The notes under the pieces were generated by a model. That model did no database searches. It saw only the letters and a list, made by a program, of their open reading frames with translations, and was not told where the DNA came from. Below are positions 39,490 to 49,884 of a DNA stretch of 64,000 bases, one piece after another (within the stretch, counting starts at the first letter, position 1; each line of letters begins with the position of its first letter). This DNA comes from Calditrichales bacterium (GTDB lineage Bacteria > Calditrichota > Calditrichia > Calditrichales > J004). The translations under genes were made by a program, and so were the position numbers. The stretch is from NCBI GenBank assembly GCA_965267575.1, contig OZ254086.1, positions 4,160,001 through 4,224,000 of the forward strand. The letters are read 5' to 3'.

Positions 39490-39559
39490 ATAACAGCCCT
39501 GTTTGAGAAACAAAAGAAAGAAAATGTTTCAGGCGGGAAGAAAAAGCTAAATTGAAAAA

Positions 39560-40837
39560 CTACTGATATTCAACATTGACATATTCGGGGTGAAGCCGGT
39601 AATCGCCGAAACCCGTATAATCTTCAAACAAAAAAACTTTTCGCAGCGCGTAATAGCGCCATATTTCATAGGGTCGCGTATTTAGCTCAAACGGATGGCG
39701 CTCAATGTCATCGGGCGGTCCGAATTTGATAAAAATCCGCCCGCGGTCGGTTTTCCACCCTTGCGTGTTGAAACCGGAGTAGCTTTGGTTGGCATAATTA
39801 ACGCGCTTAAAATACTCATCCATCAGCTCGTTCTTTTTTGTGCTGGGATTGGGATCGCGCTGGCGCCAGAATCTTTTAAAGAATTTTTGCTTTTCTTCCA
39901 GATCGGCGTCCTCATAGCGGTCTAAACTATCCGGATTTAAGATATATATCATCTGCTTCAGGGCGATGTCAATATCTTCAACGTTGGTCGGAACGTTTTT
40001 CCAGAAGAAGGTAAAATTGCGCCTGCTCTCGGCCTCATTGCCATCTATTTCCACATTCACCTCGGCAATATAACGGTTGCCTTCAAAGCGTTCTTTTTCC
40101 ACTTTCAGAATATGTGACGTGATAGTGGATCTGACCATTTTAGTAGTTACCGTATCGAACACGGCCCTCTTTTTCTGATCAAGGAAAGAAAACTTTAGCC
40201 GCGCCTGCGTATCCAGTTTTTGAGAATAGATGGTAAAATAAAGGAAGAAATAACCTTCACGCAGGGTGAAATTATTACCAAAAATCGGAATATAAAATTT
40301 GAGGCTTCCTGTAGAATCCAGCGCAACATCTCTCAGAAAAAGAATATCACTAACGGCTACCTGCCCATCAGCAAAATCGTCGATCTCAATTTCCACACGG
40401 CGCTGGGATGACTTTTTGGTCACCAGGTCCACCATGCGCATTAACAGTTCGTATTCGCCTTCCGGCAAAGAGAGCTCCGTATTAAGAATGAGACGTTCAT
40501 CCCGGCTGTTTGTAATCGAATAATCCGCGACATTCAGTGAACGCGATAACGTTCTCGAATATACCAGCTTTTCGTCGTCATCATACACAGCCACCAGCCA
40601 CTCTATCTGAGCATCAAAACCCGTCGTATCCGATTTAACAAACGTGAGATCATCATATAGGATTTGGGCAGTAGTAACAACTTTGCTGCTTTTCAGGTCA
40701 TTGCTGAACTGGCGTGAAACGGATACATCGAAGAAGGGAATTCCGACGCCGCTATACTGGGATTCCTCATAATATTGGGCCTGAGAAAGGCTAAGTGTTG
40801 TTAAAATAATCAGAGCGGTCAGAAAGGATTTAGTCAT
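39560..40837 (-). CDS. GWxTD domain-containing exported protein
   Basis: FWRQRDPNPSTKKNE, RVNYAN, GWKTDRGRIFIKFGPPD, YEIWRY. Signal peptide. Confidence 0.9.
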   Translation of the reverse strand: MTKSFLTALIILTTLSLSQAQYYEESQYSGVGIPFFDVSVSRQFSNDLKSSKVVTTAQILYDDLTFVKSDTTGFDAQIEWLVAVYDDDEKLVYSRTLSRSLNVADYSITNSRDERLILNTELSLPEGEYELLMRMVDLVTKKSSQRRVEIEIDDFADGQVAVSDILFLRDVALDSTGSLKFYIPIFGNNFTLREGYFFLYFTIYSQKLDTQARLKFSFLDQKKRAVFDTVTTKMVRSTITSHILKVEKERFEGNRYIAEVNVEIDGNEAESRRNFTFFWKNVPTNVEDIDIALKQMIYILNPDSLDRYEDADLEEKQKFFKRFWRQRDPNPSTKKNELMDEYFKRVNYANQSYSGFNTQGWKTDRGRIFIKFGPPDDIERHPFELNTRPYEIWRYYALRKVFLFEDYTGFGDYRLHPEYVNVEYQ

Positions 40838-40854
40838 AACTCCCTCGTGGTGTT

Positions 40855-42183
40855 TTACAGGGAAACAGTTTCGCCCTTAAAAACGGCAATCTGTCCATAA
40901 AGTTCATATTCGCTGACGTCTTCTATATCAACCTCTATAAAGTCGCCCGGTCGGGCGGGAACGTCATTATGTGCGGGAATAATGACTTCATTGTCAATCT
41001 CCGGCGCATCGCGGTATGTGCGCCCGGTATAAAGGCCGTTATTAATGTCGAATTCATCCAGCAGAACTGACATTCTATGATCAATAAATTTCTTATTCAA
41101 TTCAAGCGAAATATCGCTTTGGATGCGCATCAGCTCTTCCTGGCGCTTCTGTGCCGTCCGCGTATCCACTTTCTCATCCAGCTCAAAAGCACGGGTGCCA
41201 TCCTCATCGGAATAGGTGAACGTACCCAGCCGGTCAAAACGGATGTCTTCAATGAAGCGCTTCAGTTCTTGAAAATCCGCTTCCTTTTCTCCGGGATGCC
41301 CAAGTATCAGTGTTGTACGCAGCGCTATATCCGGCACGGTGGCACGCATAAATTCAAACAAGCCCATCAGCGATTGCCTGGTATCTCCGCGACGCATTTT
41401 TCGCAGCATATTTTCGCTGATGTGCTGAATCGGCATGTCGATATAACGAACAAGCTTGTCACTGTCGCGCATAAAGCGGATCACATCTTTGGGGAAGTTG
41501 GTCGGATACCAGTACATCACGCGGATCCACTGCAACCCGTCAATCTTTTCTAGCTCCTGCAACAGCTGAACAATCCTTTGCTCACCGTAAATATCCTTAC
41601 CGTAATAAGATGTGTCCTGCGAGATCAGGATAAGCTCCTTCGTGCCGTTTTCTACGAGCAGACGCGCTTCCTCGACAAGGCTTTCGATGGTGCAGCTGCG
41701 GTGCTTGCCGCGCATACCGGGTATGGCGCAAAAAGAGCAGCTGTGATTGCAGCCTTCGGATATTTTAAGATATGCGTAATGACGCGGTGTCGTCACTTTT
41801 CGCATCCGCTGAAGGTTATCCATGGCCGCGTGCTTTTTGCCCAACGCCGCCAGTATCCCGCGGTAATCTTCGGTACCGAATATGGCGTCTACATCGGGTA
41901 TTTCCTTTTCGATTTCCGGACGATAGCGCTGGCTGAGACAGCCGGCAACAAACACTTTTTTGTGCGGATCTTCCTCTTTCAGACGCAGGGCCTCAAATAT
42001 CGCCTGGATCGATTCATTTTTAGCCGACTCGATAAAACCGCAGGTATTGATTATAATAACGTCTGAATCGCGCGGTTCGTCGACGACTTCAAATTGGTTG
42101 GATTGAAGCTGCCCCATCAGCACCTCGCTGTCCACCAGGTTTTTGGAACAGCCCATTGTTGTGATATGTACTTTTTTAATCAA
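40855..42183 (-). CDS. rimO: Ribosomal protein S12 methylthiotransferase RimO
   Basis: GCSKNLVDSE, NTCGFI, radical SAM motif CNHSCSFC, DAPEID, TRAM domain. Confidence 0.96.
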   Translation of the reverse strand: MIKKVHITTMGCSKNLVDSEVLMGQLQSNQFEVVDEPRDSDVIIINTCGFIESAKNESIQAIFEALRLKEEDPHKKVFVAGCLSQRYRPEIEKEIPDVDAIFGTEDYRGILAALGKKHAAMDNLQRMRKVTTPRHYAYLKISEGCNHSCSFCAIPGMRGKHRSCTIESLVEEARLLVENGTKELILISQDTSYYGKDIYGEQRIVQLLQELEKIDGLQWIRVMYWYPTNFPKDVIRFMRDSDKLVRYIDMPIQHISENMLRKMRRGDTRQSLMGLFEFMRATVPDIALRTTLILGHPGEKEADFQELKRFIEDIRFDRLGTFTYSDEDGTRAFELDEKVDTRTAQKRQEELMRIQSDISLELNKKFIDHRMSVLLDEFDINNGLYTGRTYRDAPEIDNEVIIPAHNDVPARPGDFIEVDIEDVSEYELYGQIAVFKGETVSL

Positions 42184-43082
42184 TTGCTAAATAATCCTTC
42201 CGCAAATTCTCTGGCGTTAAATATCTCCATGTCTTCTGCTTTTTCTCCCAACCCGATATAGCGCACGGGTATGCCCAACTCTCTTTTAATTCCCAGTACA
42301 ACGCCACCTTTTGCCGTGCCATCCAGTTTGCTTAAAAATATGGAATTCACATCTGCCGATTTCACAAATTCCTTGGCCTGGCTAACGGCATTTTGCCCGT
42401 TTCCGGCATCCAGTACGAGGATAATTTCATGTGGCGCACCCTCGATCTGGCGACTTATTATGCGTTTGATCTTCTCCAGTTCGCTCATCAGGTTGCTTTT
42501 TGTATGCAGCCGCCCGGCCGTATCGACAATCAGCACATCGCTAAGGCGCGCCCTCGCGGCATTACAGGCGTCAAATACAACAGCAGCAGGGTCGGCATGA
42601 GCCTTATGGCGGATAACCTCTACGCCGACTCTCTCTCCCCACATCACAAGCTGTTCAATCGCCGCGGCACGAAATGTATCGGCGGCGGCCAGCAACACAT
42701 TTTGTCCGTTGCTTTTATAATAATGGGCCATTTTTGCGACGGAGGTGGTTTTCCCCGTTCCATTAACACCCACCACGAGGATAACTTTAGGCTTTTGCTC
42801 CACAGCAGGCATCTCTTCATAATCCAGCAGGCGGCGCACTTCGTCCCTGATTAATTCGTTAAGTTCTTCAGCATTTTCGTAGCGCTCGCGGCGCACCCGG
42901 TCACGGATGTTGTCGAGCACGTGCAAGGTGGTATCTACCCCCACGTCACCAGTAATCAGAATCTCTTCCAACTCATCCAGCAGCTCATCATCAATATGCT
43001 TCTTAGCATTGATCAGCCTGTTGACCTTGGAAAAGACGTTTTCCCTGGTTTTAGTAAGGCTCTTCTTTATTCTTCCAAACAC
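42180..43082 (-). CDS. ftsY: Signal recognition particle receptor FtsY
   Basis: GVNGTGKTT, DTFRAAA, DTAGR, KLDGTAKGG. GTG start at 43082 preferred over the ORF-track start 43163. Confidence 0.96.
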   Translation of the reverse strand: MFGRIKKSLTKTRENVFSKVNRLINAKKHIDDELLDELEEILITGDVGVDTTLHVLDNIRDRVRRERYENAEELNELIRDEVRRLLDYEEMPAVEQKPKVILVVGVNGTGKTTSVAKMAHYYKSNGQNVLLAAADTFRAAAIEQLVMWGERVGVEVIRHKAHADPAAVVFDACNAARARLSDVLIVDTAGRLHTKSNLMSELEKIKRIISRQIEGAPHEIILVLDAGNGQNAVSQAKEFVKSADVNSIFLSKLDGTAKGGVVLGIKRELGIPVRYIGLGEKAEDMEIFNAREFAEGLFSN

Positions 43083-43086
43083 TCGT

Positions 43087-44040
43087 TCACCTTCCGGCAA
43101 AATTAGGATAGTTAAAATTAAACCGCTTTCTGAAAAACCATTTGGTGAACCCGAAAATAGCAATCATAAGCAGTAAATAAAAAGGTAATTTCAAACAAAC
43201 GGCAATGGCAAAAAAGAGAATGCCGTATTTCGTCGATTGGACGGCAGCTTCCACGGATCGACGGATAACCGCTCGCGCAAAAAAAGGCAAAGACGGCACA
43301 AGCATCGTTAATGCAAAAACATCACTCAGCCAGATTGCGGACAACAGAGCCACGGCGAACAGTCCTCCGGCACAATAGATAACAAAAGCAACGCCATGGG
43401 TAACGGCCAGCGTGTTTTTATTATTCGCCCTGTCCCCTTCCACATCCGGTAAAGTGGTAAAAAAATAGAGCGCCGTATTAAAAAACAGGTACGGCAACGC
43501 ATCAAAAATCAATTCCGTGGACCAGGATTTTTGCGCCAGCCAGCCTATTGCAAAGGCGAGCCAGCCCATGGCGGCATTGGCCAGCAAACTGGTTACGGGG
43601 TTGTCCTTAAATGCAAATGGCCTGTAATTGTAAGCGTATCCCGTAATCAGGATAAAGGCGCCAACAGCCACAAATAGAATCCTGTCTATGGCCAGCGCCA
43701 GGGTAAGGGCAAAAACGATCAGAAGGGCTGCTTCCCAAACCGCGGCGCGTTTGGAAATATGTTTTTCCGACAGGAAGAACAGTTTGTTGTTCGATCTGTC
43801 CGAATCAATATCCTGAATTTGATTGAGCAGAAAAGACCCGCCCATGGCCGCCCCAAAAAGGATCAGCAATAGGGCTATCTCTCCGTAATTAAATGCCATA
43901 AAGTGGTTTGCGGGCAGCAAAATCCGGCCATTCCAGGCAATCAGGTAGCCGGCCAGCAGGGTCGACCAGCCCGGGAAAAACAACATGGGCCGCAATACAA
44001 AAAAGTAGTCCAGCGATTTAAGCAGGCGGGAAGAAGCCAT
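43087..44040 (-). CDS. UbiA-family prenyltransferase
   Basis: Asp-rich motifs NQIQDIDSD and DVEGD. Multiple TM segments. Confidence 0.85.
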   Translation of the reverse strand: MASSRLLKSLDYFFVLRPMLFFPGWSTLLAGYLIAWNGRILLPANHFMAFNYGEIALLLILFGAAMGGSFLLNQIQDIDSDRSNNKLFFLSEKHISKRAAVWEAALLIVFALTLALAIDRILFVAVGAFILITGYAYNYRPFAFKDNPVTSLLANAAMGWLAFAIGWLAQKSWSTELIFDALPYLFFNTALYFFTTLPDVEGDRANNKNTLAVTHGVAFVIYCAGGLFAVALLSAIWLSDVFALTMLVPSLPFFARAVIRRSVEAAVQSTKYGILFFAIAVCLKLPFYLLLMIAIFGFTKWFFRKRFNFNYPNFAGR

Positions 44041-45434
44041 TAGCTCTCATTATTGGTGAGGTCTTTAACCGGCAAAGGATATTTCCCGCTGAAGCAGGCC
44101 GTGCAATATTGCTGTCCTTCTTCCTGCGGCATAGCGCTGATCATCCCCTCCAGTGACAGATATTTTAGAGAATCTGCGCCCAGATAAGAGCAAATGTCAT
44201 CAACGCTGCGGTTGTGGGCTACTAGCTCTTCACGTGTCGGAAAATTCATACCGAAATAGCAGGGGTTTTTTATCGGTGGCGAGCTGATCCGTAAATGGAC
44301 TTCCTTAGCTCCGGCGTCGCGTACGGTCTGCACAAGCTGTTTGAGTGTCGTTCCGCGCACAATGGAGTCATCCACGATGACAACGATCCGGTCCTTAAGA
44401 ACGCCGCCAACCGTATTGAATTTAAGGCGCACTCCGGAAGCCCGGCCCTGCTGTGTCGGCTTTATAAACGTACGTCCCACATAGTGATTGCGAATAAGGC
44501 CGATCTCGAATTTTGCCCCGCTGCGTTGCGAATAGCCCAGGGCCGTAGTGTTGCTGCTATCGGGAACACTTATGACGATATCAGCATCGATATCACATTC
44601 AAGTGCCAGATTTTTGCCCAGTTTACGCCGGGTTTTGTCCACATATTCGCCAAATATCTTGCTGTCCGGACGCGAAAAATAGACAAATTCAAAAACGCAA
44701 TGCGCCGGTGTACATTTTTCAAACGGAAAGAAGCTTCGCATGCCATTTTCGTCAAATACCAGCATCTCGCCGCATTCCACATCGCGGATGTAAGTGGCAC
44801 CGATTAAATCGAGCGCGTTTGTTTCGGAGCAGGCAATCCAGGCATCCCCCAGCTTGCCCAGCGCCAAAGGCCGGAATCCTCTGGGATCGCGGATAACAAC
44901 TAATTTTTCGTTGCTAAGGAAAACAAGGCTAAAAGCGCCTTCCACCTGACGAACGGCATCCTGAATCTTGGAGATGAGGTCTTTTTCAGTTGATTTGGCC
45001 ACAAGATGCAGAATCACCTCGCTGTCGGTTGTGGTCTGGAAAATTGAGCCGCGCTCTTCCAACTGACGCCGTAAGGTCTTGGAGTTGCTGAGATTGCCGT
45101 TGTGGCCTACACCGAGAAAACCATCTTTATGATGGACAACTATCGGCTGAACGTTCAGCGCTGCCGACGCGCCGGTGGTGGCATAACGGTTATGCCCGAT
45201 GGCGATATGACCGTTAAGCTCGGCCAGGTTTTCTTCATTAAATATGTCCGATACCAGCCCCATGCCCAGTTTTTTCTTCACATTATGCCCGTCACTTACA
45301 GCAATGCCCGCACTTTCCTGGCCTCGATGCTGCAGCGCGTGCAAGCAGAGATAGGTATTTACGGCCGCATTTTTGGTACCGTAAATCCCGGCAACACCGC
45401 AAAATTCTTTGGGTTTATCAAGTAAATTATCCAT
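44040..45434 (-). CDS. purF: Amidophosphoribosyltransferase
   Basis: Propeptide then CGVAG, LQHRGQESAG, GHNRYATTG, VDDSIVRGTT, YCTACFSG. Confidence 0.97.
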   Translation of the reverse strand: MDNLLDKPKEFCGVAGIYGTKNAAVNTYLCLHALQHRGQESAGIAVSDGHNVKKKLGMGLVSDIFNEENLAELNGHIAIGHNRYATTGASAALNVQPIVVHHKDGFLGVGHNGNLSNSKTLRRQLEERGSIFQTTTDSEVILHLVAKSTEKDLISKIQDAVRQVEGAFSLVFLSNEKLVVIRDPRGFRPLALGKLGDAWIACSETNALDLIGATYIRDVECGEMLVFDENGMRSFFPFEKCTPAHCVFEFVYFSRPDSKIFGEYVDKTRRKLGKNLALECDIDADIVISVPDSSNTTALGYSQRSGAKFEIGLIRNHYVGRTFIKPTQQGRASGVRLKFNTVGGVLKDRIVVIVDDSIVRGTTLKQLVQTVRDAGAKEVHLRISSPPIKNPCYFGMNFPTREELVAHNRSVDDICSYLGADSLKYLSLEGMISAMPQEEGQQYCTACFSGKYPLPVKDLTNNES

Positions 45435-45504
45435 TATGCCCGTGTTTTATAATAAATGAGTAATATAAAGATTTTATCGCCCATAGGCCACAGGCCCATC
45501 CAGG

Positions 45505-45897
45505 TTATTTTGAATTAAATACTATCAAGGCCAACCCCACCCCGGCGGCGTCAGCTAAAAGGTCTTTCCAGGAAAAGCGGTTTCGGGGGCGGGTACTGTC
45601 GTAACCCTCCTTTAAAACACCAAGTGAAAACGAGATCGTGGCGCCTGCTAGTAGAGATTCTTGTTTCCCTGCGTCGGCGAAACGCTCTCCGGCAAGGCCG
45701 ATTGCGCCGGCAAGTATAAAGCTTCCCAGAAAATGCTGCGCCTTGTCTTTGGCAATAAAAGAATCATGCCATTTTTGAATCTTTAGCTCTTTTTCAGATT
45801 CGGAAACCGACGAGTCTGCCGCCACGTAAGCAGTGTCAGCTACTTGCGCATTGGCGCAGACAAAGAAAAGCAGAATAAGGTATATTAGCGAACGCAT
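45505..45897 (-). CDS. YfiM/DUF2279-like small exported membrane protein
   Basis: DKAQHF, KEGYD, FSWKDLLAD motifs. Signal peptide. Confidence 0.65.
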   Translation of the reverse strand: MRSLIYLILLFFVCANAQVADTAYVAADSSVSESEKELKIQKWHDSFIAKDKAQHFLGSFILAGAIGLAGERFADAGKQESLLAGATISFSLGVLKEGYDSTRPRNRFSWKDLLADAAGVGLALIVFNSK

Positions 45898-45900
45898 CGT

Positions 45901-46644
45901 TTACCATTGTATAGATAAATGTAAGCCAACCCGCTCATGAATCACCGTGGGCGTCACAGCCAGTTCAATCGCTTTGTCGAATTTATATAAATAGGCGTCG
46001 ACATGTGCGTCCGTCAACATGAGCAGATAGGCCAGCCCCAAATACCAGGCAAAGCGACGGAAATCATCCTGGTATTCCCCGATACCCGTGCGGTCAAACT
46101 GGCGATCATTGCGCCACGTTTCGTAGGTGAGCCAGCTTACCAGGCCGGCCCATCCGACAGCTTTCCAGTAGCTCTCCGTGTAGAGTTGCCCCCAGCCGGG
46201 GATGATAGCCGATCTAAGTGTTGCGCCCCAGGGGGACTTCAGCGGCTTGTCACTTAGCAACTGCGCCTGCCAGCCACGAGGTGCCTCGGTTTGTGCTGTT
46301 GACCAGGCATCCAGTACAGCCAGGGTATGGGTAAATAAAGCGATACTTACATCCATAACCGCTTTGTCGCGGTACAACTTGTTGTCTGTGATATAGTAAC
46401 GATTAAGATGGTAGGCGCTGCGATAATAAAAGGTGGCACTGCCCGCGTATAAAATGGCCGCTTTCCAAAGTTTTTCCTGCCGTATCTGTCCCCAGCCCGG
46501 CAGTACCAGCGAACGTAAAGCGGAAGTGCCGGCGGCAACAGGCTTGATCGAATCAGCAGCGCTGGTGTCCGGCGCAGTTTGCGAAAAACCATCCGTAAAG
46601 CTAAGAAATTCGAACATTATTAACAGCGCAATCACATACTTCAT
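45901..46644 (-). CDS. Tandem DUF5683-like domain protein
   Basis: Two repeats ALRSLVLPGWGQ..WKA and TLRSAIIPGWGQ..WKA, plus DAHVDAYL. ATG coupled to the upstream stop (TGATG). Confidence 0.7.
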   Translation of the reverse strand: MKYVIALLIMFEFLSFTDGFSQTAPDTSAADSIKPVAAGTSALRSLVLPGWGQIRQEKLWKAAILYAGSATFYYRSAYHLNRYYITDNKLYRDKAVMDVSIALFTHTLAVLDAWSTAQTEAPRGWQAQLLSDKPLKSPWGATLRSAIIPGWGQLYTESYWKAVGWAGLVSWLTYETWRNDRQFDRTGIGEYQDDFRRFAWYLGLAYLLMLTDAHVDAYLYKFDKAIELAVTPTVIHERVGLHLSIQW

Positions 46645-47519
46645 CAACAACGCACCTTTATCGCCGAAGGAATCAGCTCCACAATCAGCTTTTCGATTTC
46701 GTAACCCAATATTTCACCGTCTACGTGGGCGGGAAAAGGGAGTTCGGCTGAAATTGTAATCTTCTTGGTGGTGGACATCTCAACATGCGGATCATAGATG
46801 TGTTTACCGGAGTATACCTTGATCAGGTTTTTTAGTATATGAAACTTGTTCATTTTGCGGATCATACACAAATCAAAAATACCGTCATCCGGTCGCGCGT
46901 TGGGAGTAAGGAAAAAGCCCCCGCCAAGGGAAGGCCCATTTCCAATCGTCAGCATAAAAAGATCATCTTCCCGCTTTAATTTATTAAAAGCCAGGCTTAG
47001 CGTTTGATAGCTGTATTTCCACAATGTTACCAGAACGGCATATAGATAAACAAAGTTTCCGCGAAGCATACGTACGGTTTTGCTCTTTTTTACAACAAGG
47101 GCATCGAAGCCGATACCGAGTCCGTTTATAAAATAGCGTTCATTGGCCTTGCCCACATCAATGTTTTTTACAAGTGAAGGTTTAAAAACATTTTCAAAAG
47201 CTTTTTTAGCGTTCAGCGGAATGCCCAGCACCTTTACAAGGTCATTGCCTGTTCCCACGGGAATTATAGCAAGTTGCGTGCTTTTTCCAACCAACCCGTT
47301 TATCACTTCATGGATTGTTCCGTCTCCACCTACCGCCACGATAACGTCATGGCTGTCGGCATGAAGGCGCGCCAGTTCCGCGGCATGCATCGGTCCATCT
47401 GTATAAACCACTTTGTGGCTTTCTTCTTTATGGACAAGCCACCGGGATAACAGCCGCGAAAAATTTCCGGCCTTTCCACGGCCGGCACGGGGATTGACTA
47501 TAAAACAGTATGATGCCAT
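46644..47519 (-). CDS. Diacylglycerol/lipid kinase family (YegS/BmrU)
   Basis: NPRAGRG, GGDGTIHE, GTGND, GIGFDA, VDGE. Confidence 0.92.
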   Translation of the reverse strand: MASYCFIVNPRAGRGKAGNFSRLLSRWLVHKEESHKVVYTDGPMHAAELARLHADSHDVIVAVGGDGTIHEVINGLVGKSTQLAIIPVGTGNDLVKVLGIPLNAKKAFENVFKPSLVKNIDVGKANERYFINGLGIGFDALVVKKSKTVRMLRGNFVYLYAVLVTLWKYSYQTLSLAFNKLKREDDLFMLTIGNGPSLGGGFFLTPNARPDDGIFDLCMIRKMNKFHILKNLIKVYSGKHIYDPHVEMSTTKKITISAELPFPAHVDGEILGYEIEKLIVELIPSAIKVRC

Positions 47520-47894
47520 TTACTTTTTCACGGCGATACAGTCCATTTCAATATGGACGTCTTTGGGCAGACGACTAACTTCCACCGTTGCCCGGGCCGG
47601 CTTAGAGGTATTAAAGAAGCGGCCGTAAATGTCGTTTACAAGGCCAAAATCATCCATGTTTTTCAGGTATATGGTTGTTTTTACCACCTGGGTGAGTCCC
47701 AGTCCGGCCGCCTGTAGTACGGCTTCCAGATTGAGAATAACCTGCTCCGTTTGCTCGGCCACATCCTCGGAAACAATTTTGCCGGCGGCATCCAGGGCAA
47801 TCTGGCCCGAGGCAAAAACAAAGCCCTGCGCCTCCACCGCTTGTGAGTACGGACCGATAGGCTGCGGCGCTTTTGCTGATAATATCTGTTTCAT
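47520..47894 (-). CDS. ridA: RidA/YjgF/UK114 enamine deaminase
   Basis: APQPIGPYSQA, SGQI, PARATVEVSRLP, IEMDCIA. Confidence 0.93.
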   Translation of the reverse strand: MKQILSAKAPQPIGPYSQAVEAQGFVFASGQIALDAAGKIVSEDVAEQTEQVILNLEAVLQAAGLGLTQVVKTTIYLKNMDDFGLVNDIYGRFFNTSKPARATVEVSRLPKDVHIEMDCIAVKK

Positions 47895-47929
47895 TTAACC
47901 CTCCCAAAAATCAGTTTTGAAAATAGACT

Positions 47930-48420
47930 TTATCCGTGTTATTATCAATACATCGATTTGGCAAAAAAAGCTGTGAAACACTCACAAAAAAATGTGCCCG
48001 AAATCTATGAGCAAAGCGCAAAACTCCGTGAAACATTTGTGATAATTTTGCTCACTTTTCACAAAAAATAATTAAACATAAATCTAATAAATAATACACT
48101 TAGCATGCGCCTCTCATATAAAATCAGATTTTAAAAGCCAAATTCTTGCAACCTTGCTTGACATATATTTGCCCCTTGCGTTATTCTATTTCAGGGCAGT
48201 CAAGTGGATGTGAATAACTTGTGGAAAACCTCAGGAAATCCACAACGCTTGACGGATGAGTTGGCTGTCAAAAATCAACGGGCCTTAACTCAACACACTC
48301 CAAGTTTAATATTTTTAACATCTTACAATATATGCAGTTGTCTCTGTAGAGCAATAGTTGCGTCCATTTTTGAAATGTGAGACTCGATTGTCGCAGATAC
48401 GGACTGTGGATAAAATTTTT
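47930..48420. promoter_or_regulatory. DnaA-box cluster and AT-rich tract upstream of dnaA (candidate oriC / dnaA autoregulatory region)
   Basis: TGTGGATAA 48405-48413 (perfect), TGTGAATAA 48209-48217, TGTGGAAAA 48220-48228. One-mismatch boxes at 47972-47980 and 48055-48063. AT-rich tract at about 48063-48135. Confidence 0.65.
48158..48187 (+). promoter_or_regulatory. Sigma70-type promoter for dnaA
   Basis: TTGACA (48158-48163), 18 bp, TATTCT (48182-48187), followed immediately by two DnaA boxes. Confidence 0.55.
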
Positions 48421-48431
48421 TGAGGGCACAA

Positions 48432-49838
48432 ATGAAGGACAATGCGACATCGCCAAGGGCATCTCTGGAACACCTCTGGAGTGATATTCTTGATGTCATA
48501 CGCCATGCGATTAATGAACGCACATATAATACCTGGTTTGCACCAACAAAAGCCATTGATATGGATGATCGCTTTATTAAGGTGCAGGTACCCAACCGCT
48601 TTTTCTGTGAATGGATCGAAAACCACTATGCGAAGCTGTTGAGTGATGCGATTATGCAGGTTTTGGGAGACAGCAAGCGCATTCGTTTTATTGTGGAAAG
48701 CAATGGCAATGGCCAGGTTTCTCCTTACGGAAAAAAAGACTGGGCCGGTATCAGTTCAGCTCAGTCAGGTCCGCAACACAATCATCAGAGCCAGCAAAAC
48801 AATCAATACAGCACCAGGATTAACGAACGTTATAATTTTGAGAACTTTATTGTTGGCGACAGCAATAATTTCGCCGTGGCAGCGGCACAAGCCGTGGGCA
48901 AATCGCCCGGCCGCAACAACTACAATCCTTTAATCATCTACGGCCGGACAGGTCTGGGCAAAACCCATCTTATTCAGGCCATCGGCAATCTGGCCATTTC
49001 CAACAACCCGGCCACACGCGTACACTATGCGTCCAGTGAGACGTTTACTTCGCACTTCATAAATGCCATTCAACAGAATAAAGTGGCCGATTTCTCGGCT
49101 TTTTACCGCTCCTGTGACATCCTTCTGCTGGATGATATTCAGTTTTTCTCCAACAAGGGCAAAACGCAGGAGGAGTTTTTTCACACGTTTAACGATTTGC
49201 ACCAAAACGGTAAACAGATTGTTTTAACATCAGACCGGCCCATAAATGAATTGACCGACCTGGAAGAACGCCTTGTTTCCCGCTTTAAATGGGGTTTGGT
49301 TGTAGATATTCAGCCACCGGAATTTGAAACGCGCCTGGCCATTCTGAGCAAAAAATGTGCTGAAAGCGAGCTTGATATTCCCGCCGATGTGCTGGACTAT
49401 CTTGCCGTTAACCTGATCGACAATGTTCGTGAACTGGAAGGCGCGCTAACAAAAATAATGGCCCAGGTAACTTTCACGACCGCAGAACCGACCATCGACC
49501 TGGCCCGTCAGATCGTTTCGGAAATCGCCCATCCCGACAAAAAGATGCTGACCATTGACACCATAATGGAGCATTGTTCAAAAGTCTTTGGTGTCAGCGT
49601 TGACCAAATACGCGCCAAAAGCCGCAAAAAAGACATTGTTCTGGCGCGGCAGGTAGCCATGTACCTGGCCAAAAAACTTACCCATCATTCACTGGTTTCC
49701 ATCGGATTGCATTTTGGCGGCCGGGACCATGCCACGGTTATCCACGGCATAGATAAAATTGAATCACGCCTCAAAACAGACAATGCGTTTCGTAGTAAAT
49801 TAGAGAATATGGTAAGACACCTGGAGTATAACCGCTGA
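48432..49838 (+). CDS. dnaA: Chromosomal replication initiator DnaA
   Basis: TYNTWF, YNFENFIVGDSN, YNPLIIYGRTGLGKTHL, DDIQF, ARQVAMYL, FGGRDHATV. ATG at 48432 with GAGGG SD. Confidence 0.98.
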   Translation: MKDNATSPRASLEHLWSDILDVIRHAINERTYNTWFAPTKAIDMDDRFIKVQVPNRFFCEWIENHYAKLLSDAIMQVLGDSKRIRFIVESNGNGQVSPYGKKDWAGISSAQSGPQHNHQSQQNNQYSTRINERYNFENFIVGDSNNFAVAAAQAVGKSPGRNNYNPLIIYGRTGLGKTHLIQAIGNLAISNNPATRVHYASSETFTSHFINAIQQNKVADFSAFYRSCDILLLDDIQFFSNKGKTQEEFFHTFNDLHQNGKQIVLTSDRPINELTDLEERLVSRFKWGLVVDIQPPEFETRLAILSKKCAESELDIPADVLDYLAVNLIDNVRELEGALTKIMAQVTFTTAEPTIDLARQIVSEIAHPDKKMLTIDTIMEHCSKVFGVSVDQIRAKSRKKDIVLARQVAMYLAKKLTHHSLVSIGLHFGGRDHATVIHGIDKIESRLKTDNAFRSKLENMVRHLEYNR

Positions 49839-49884
49839 ATTGAGCCGATCCGTTAAAAACTAATACGAATAATTCCCTTACCGC

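Noticed and set aside
43083..43163. N-terminal extension of FtsY given by the ORF track
   Set aside because: It overlaps the UbiA-family gene; a GTG at 43082 with an SD-like GAAGGTG gives a typical MFGRIKKSL start.
48268..48626. Short minus-strand ORFs around the dnaA start
   Set aside because: Overlap dnaA and its regulatory leader; no homology cues.
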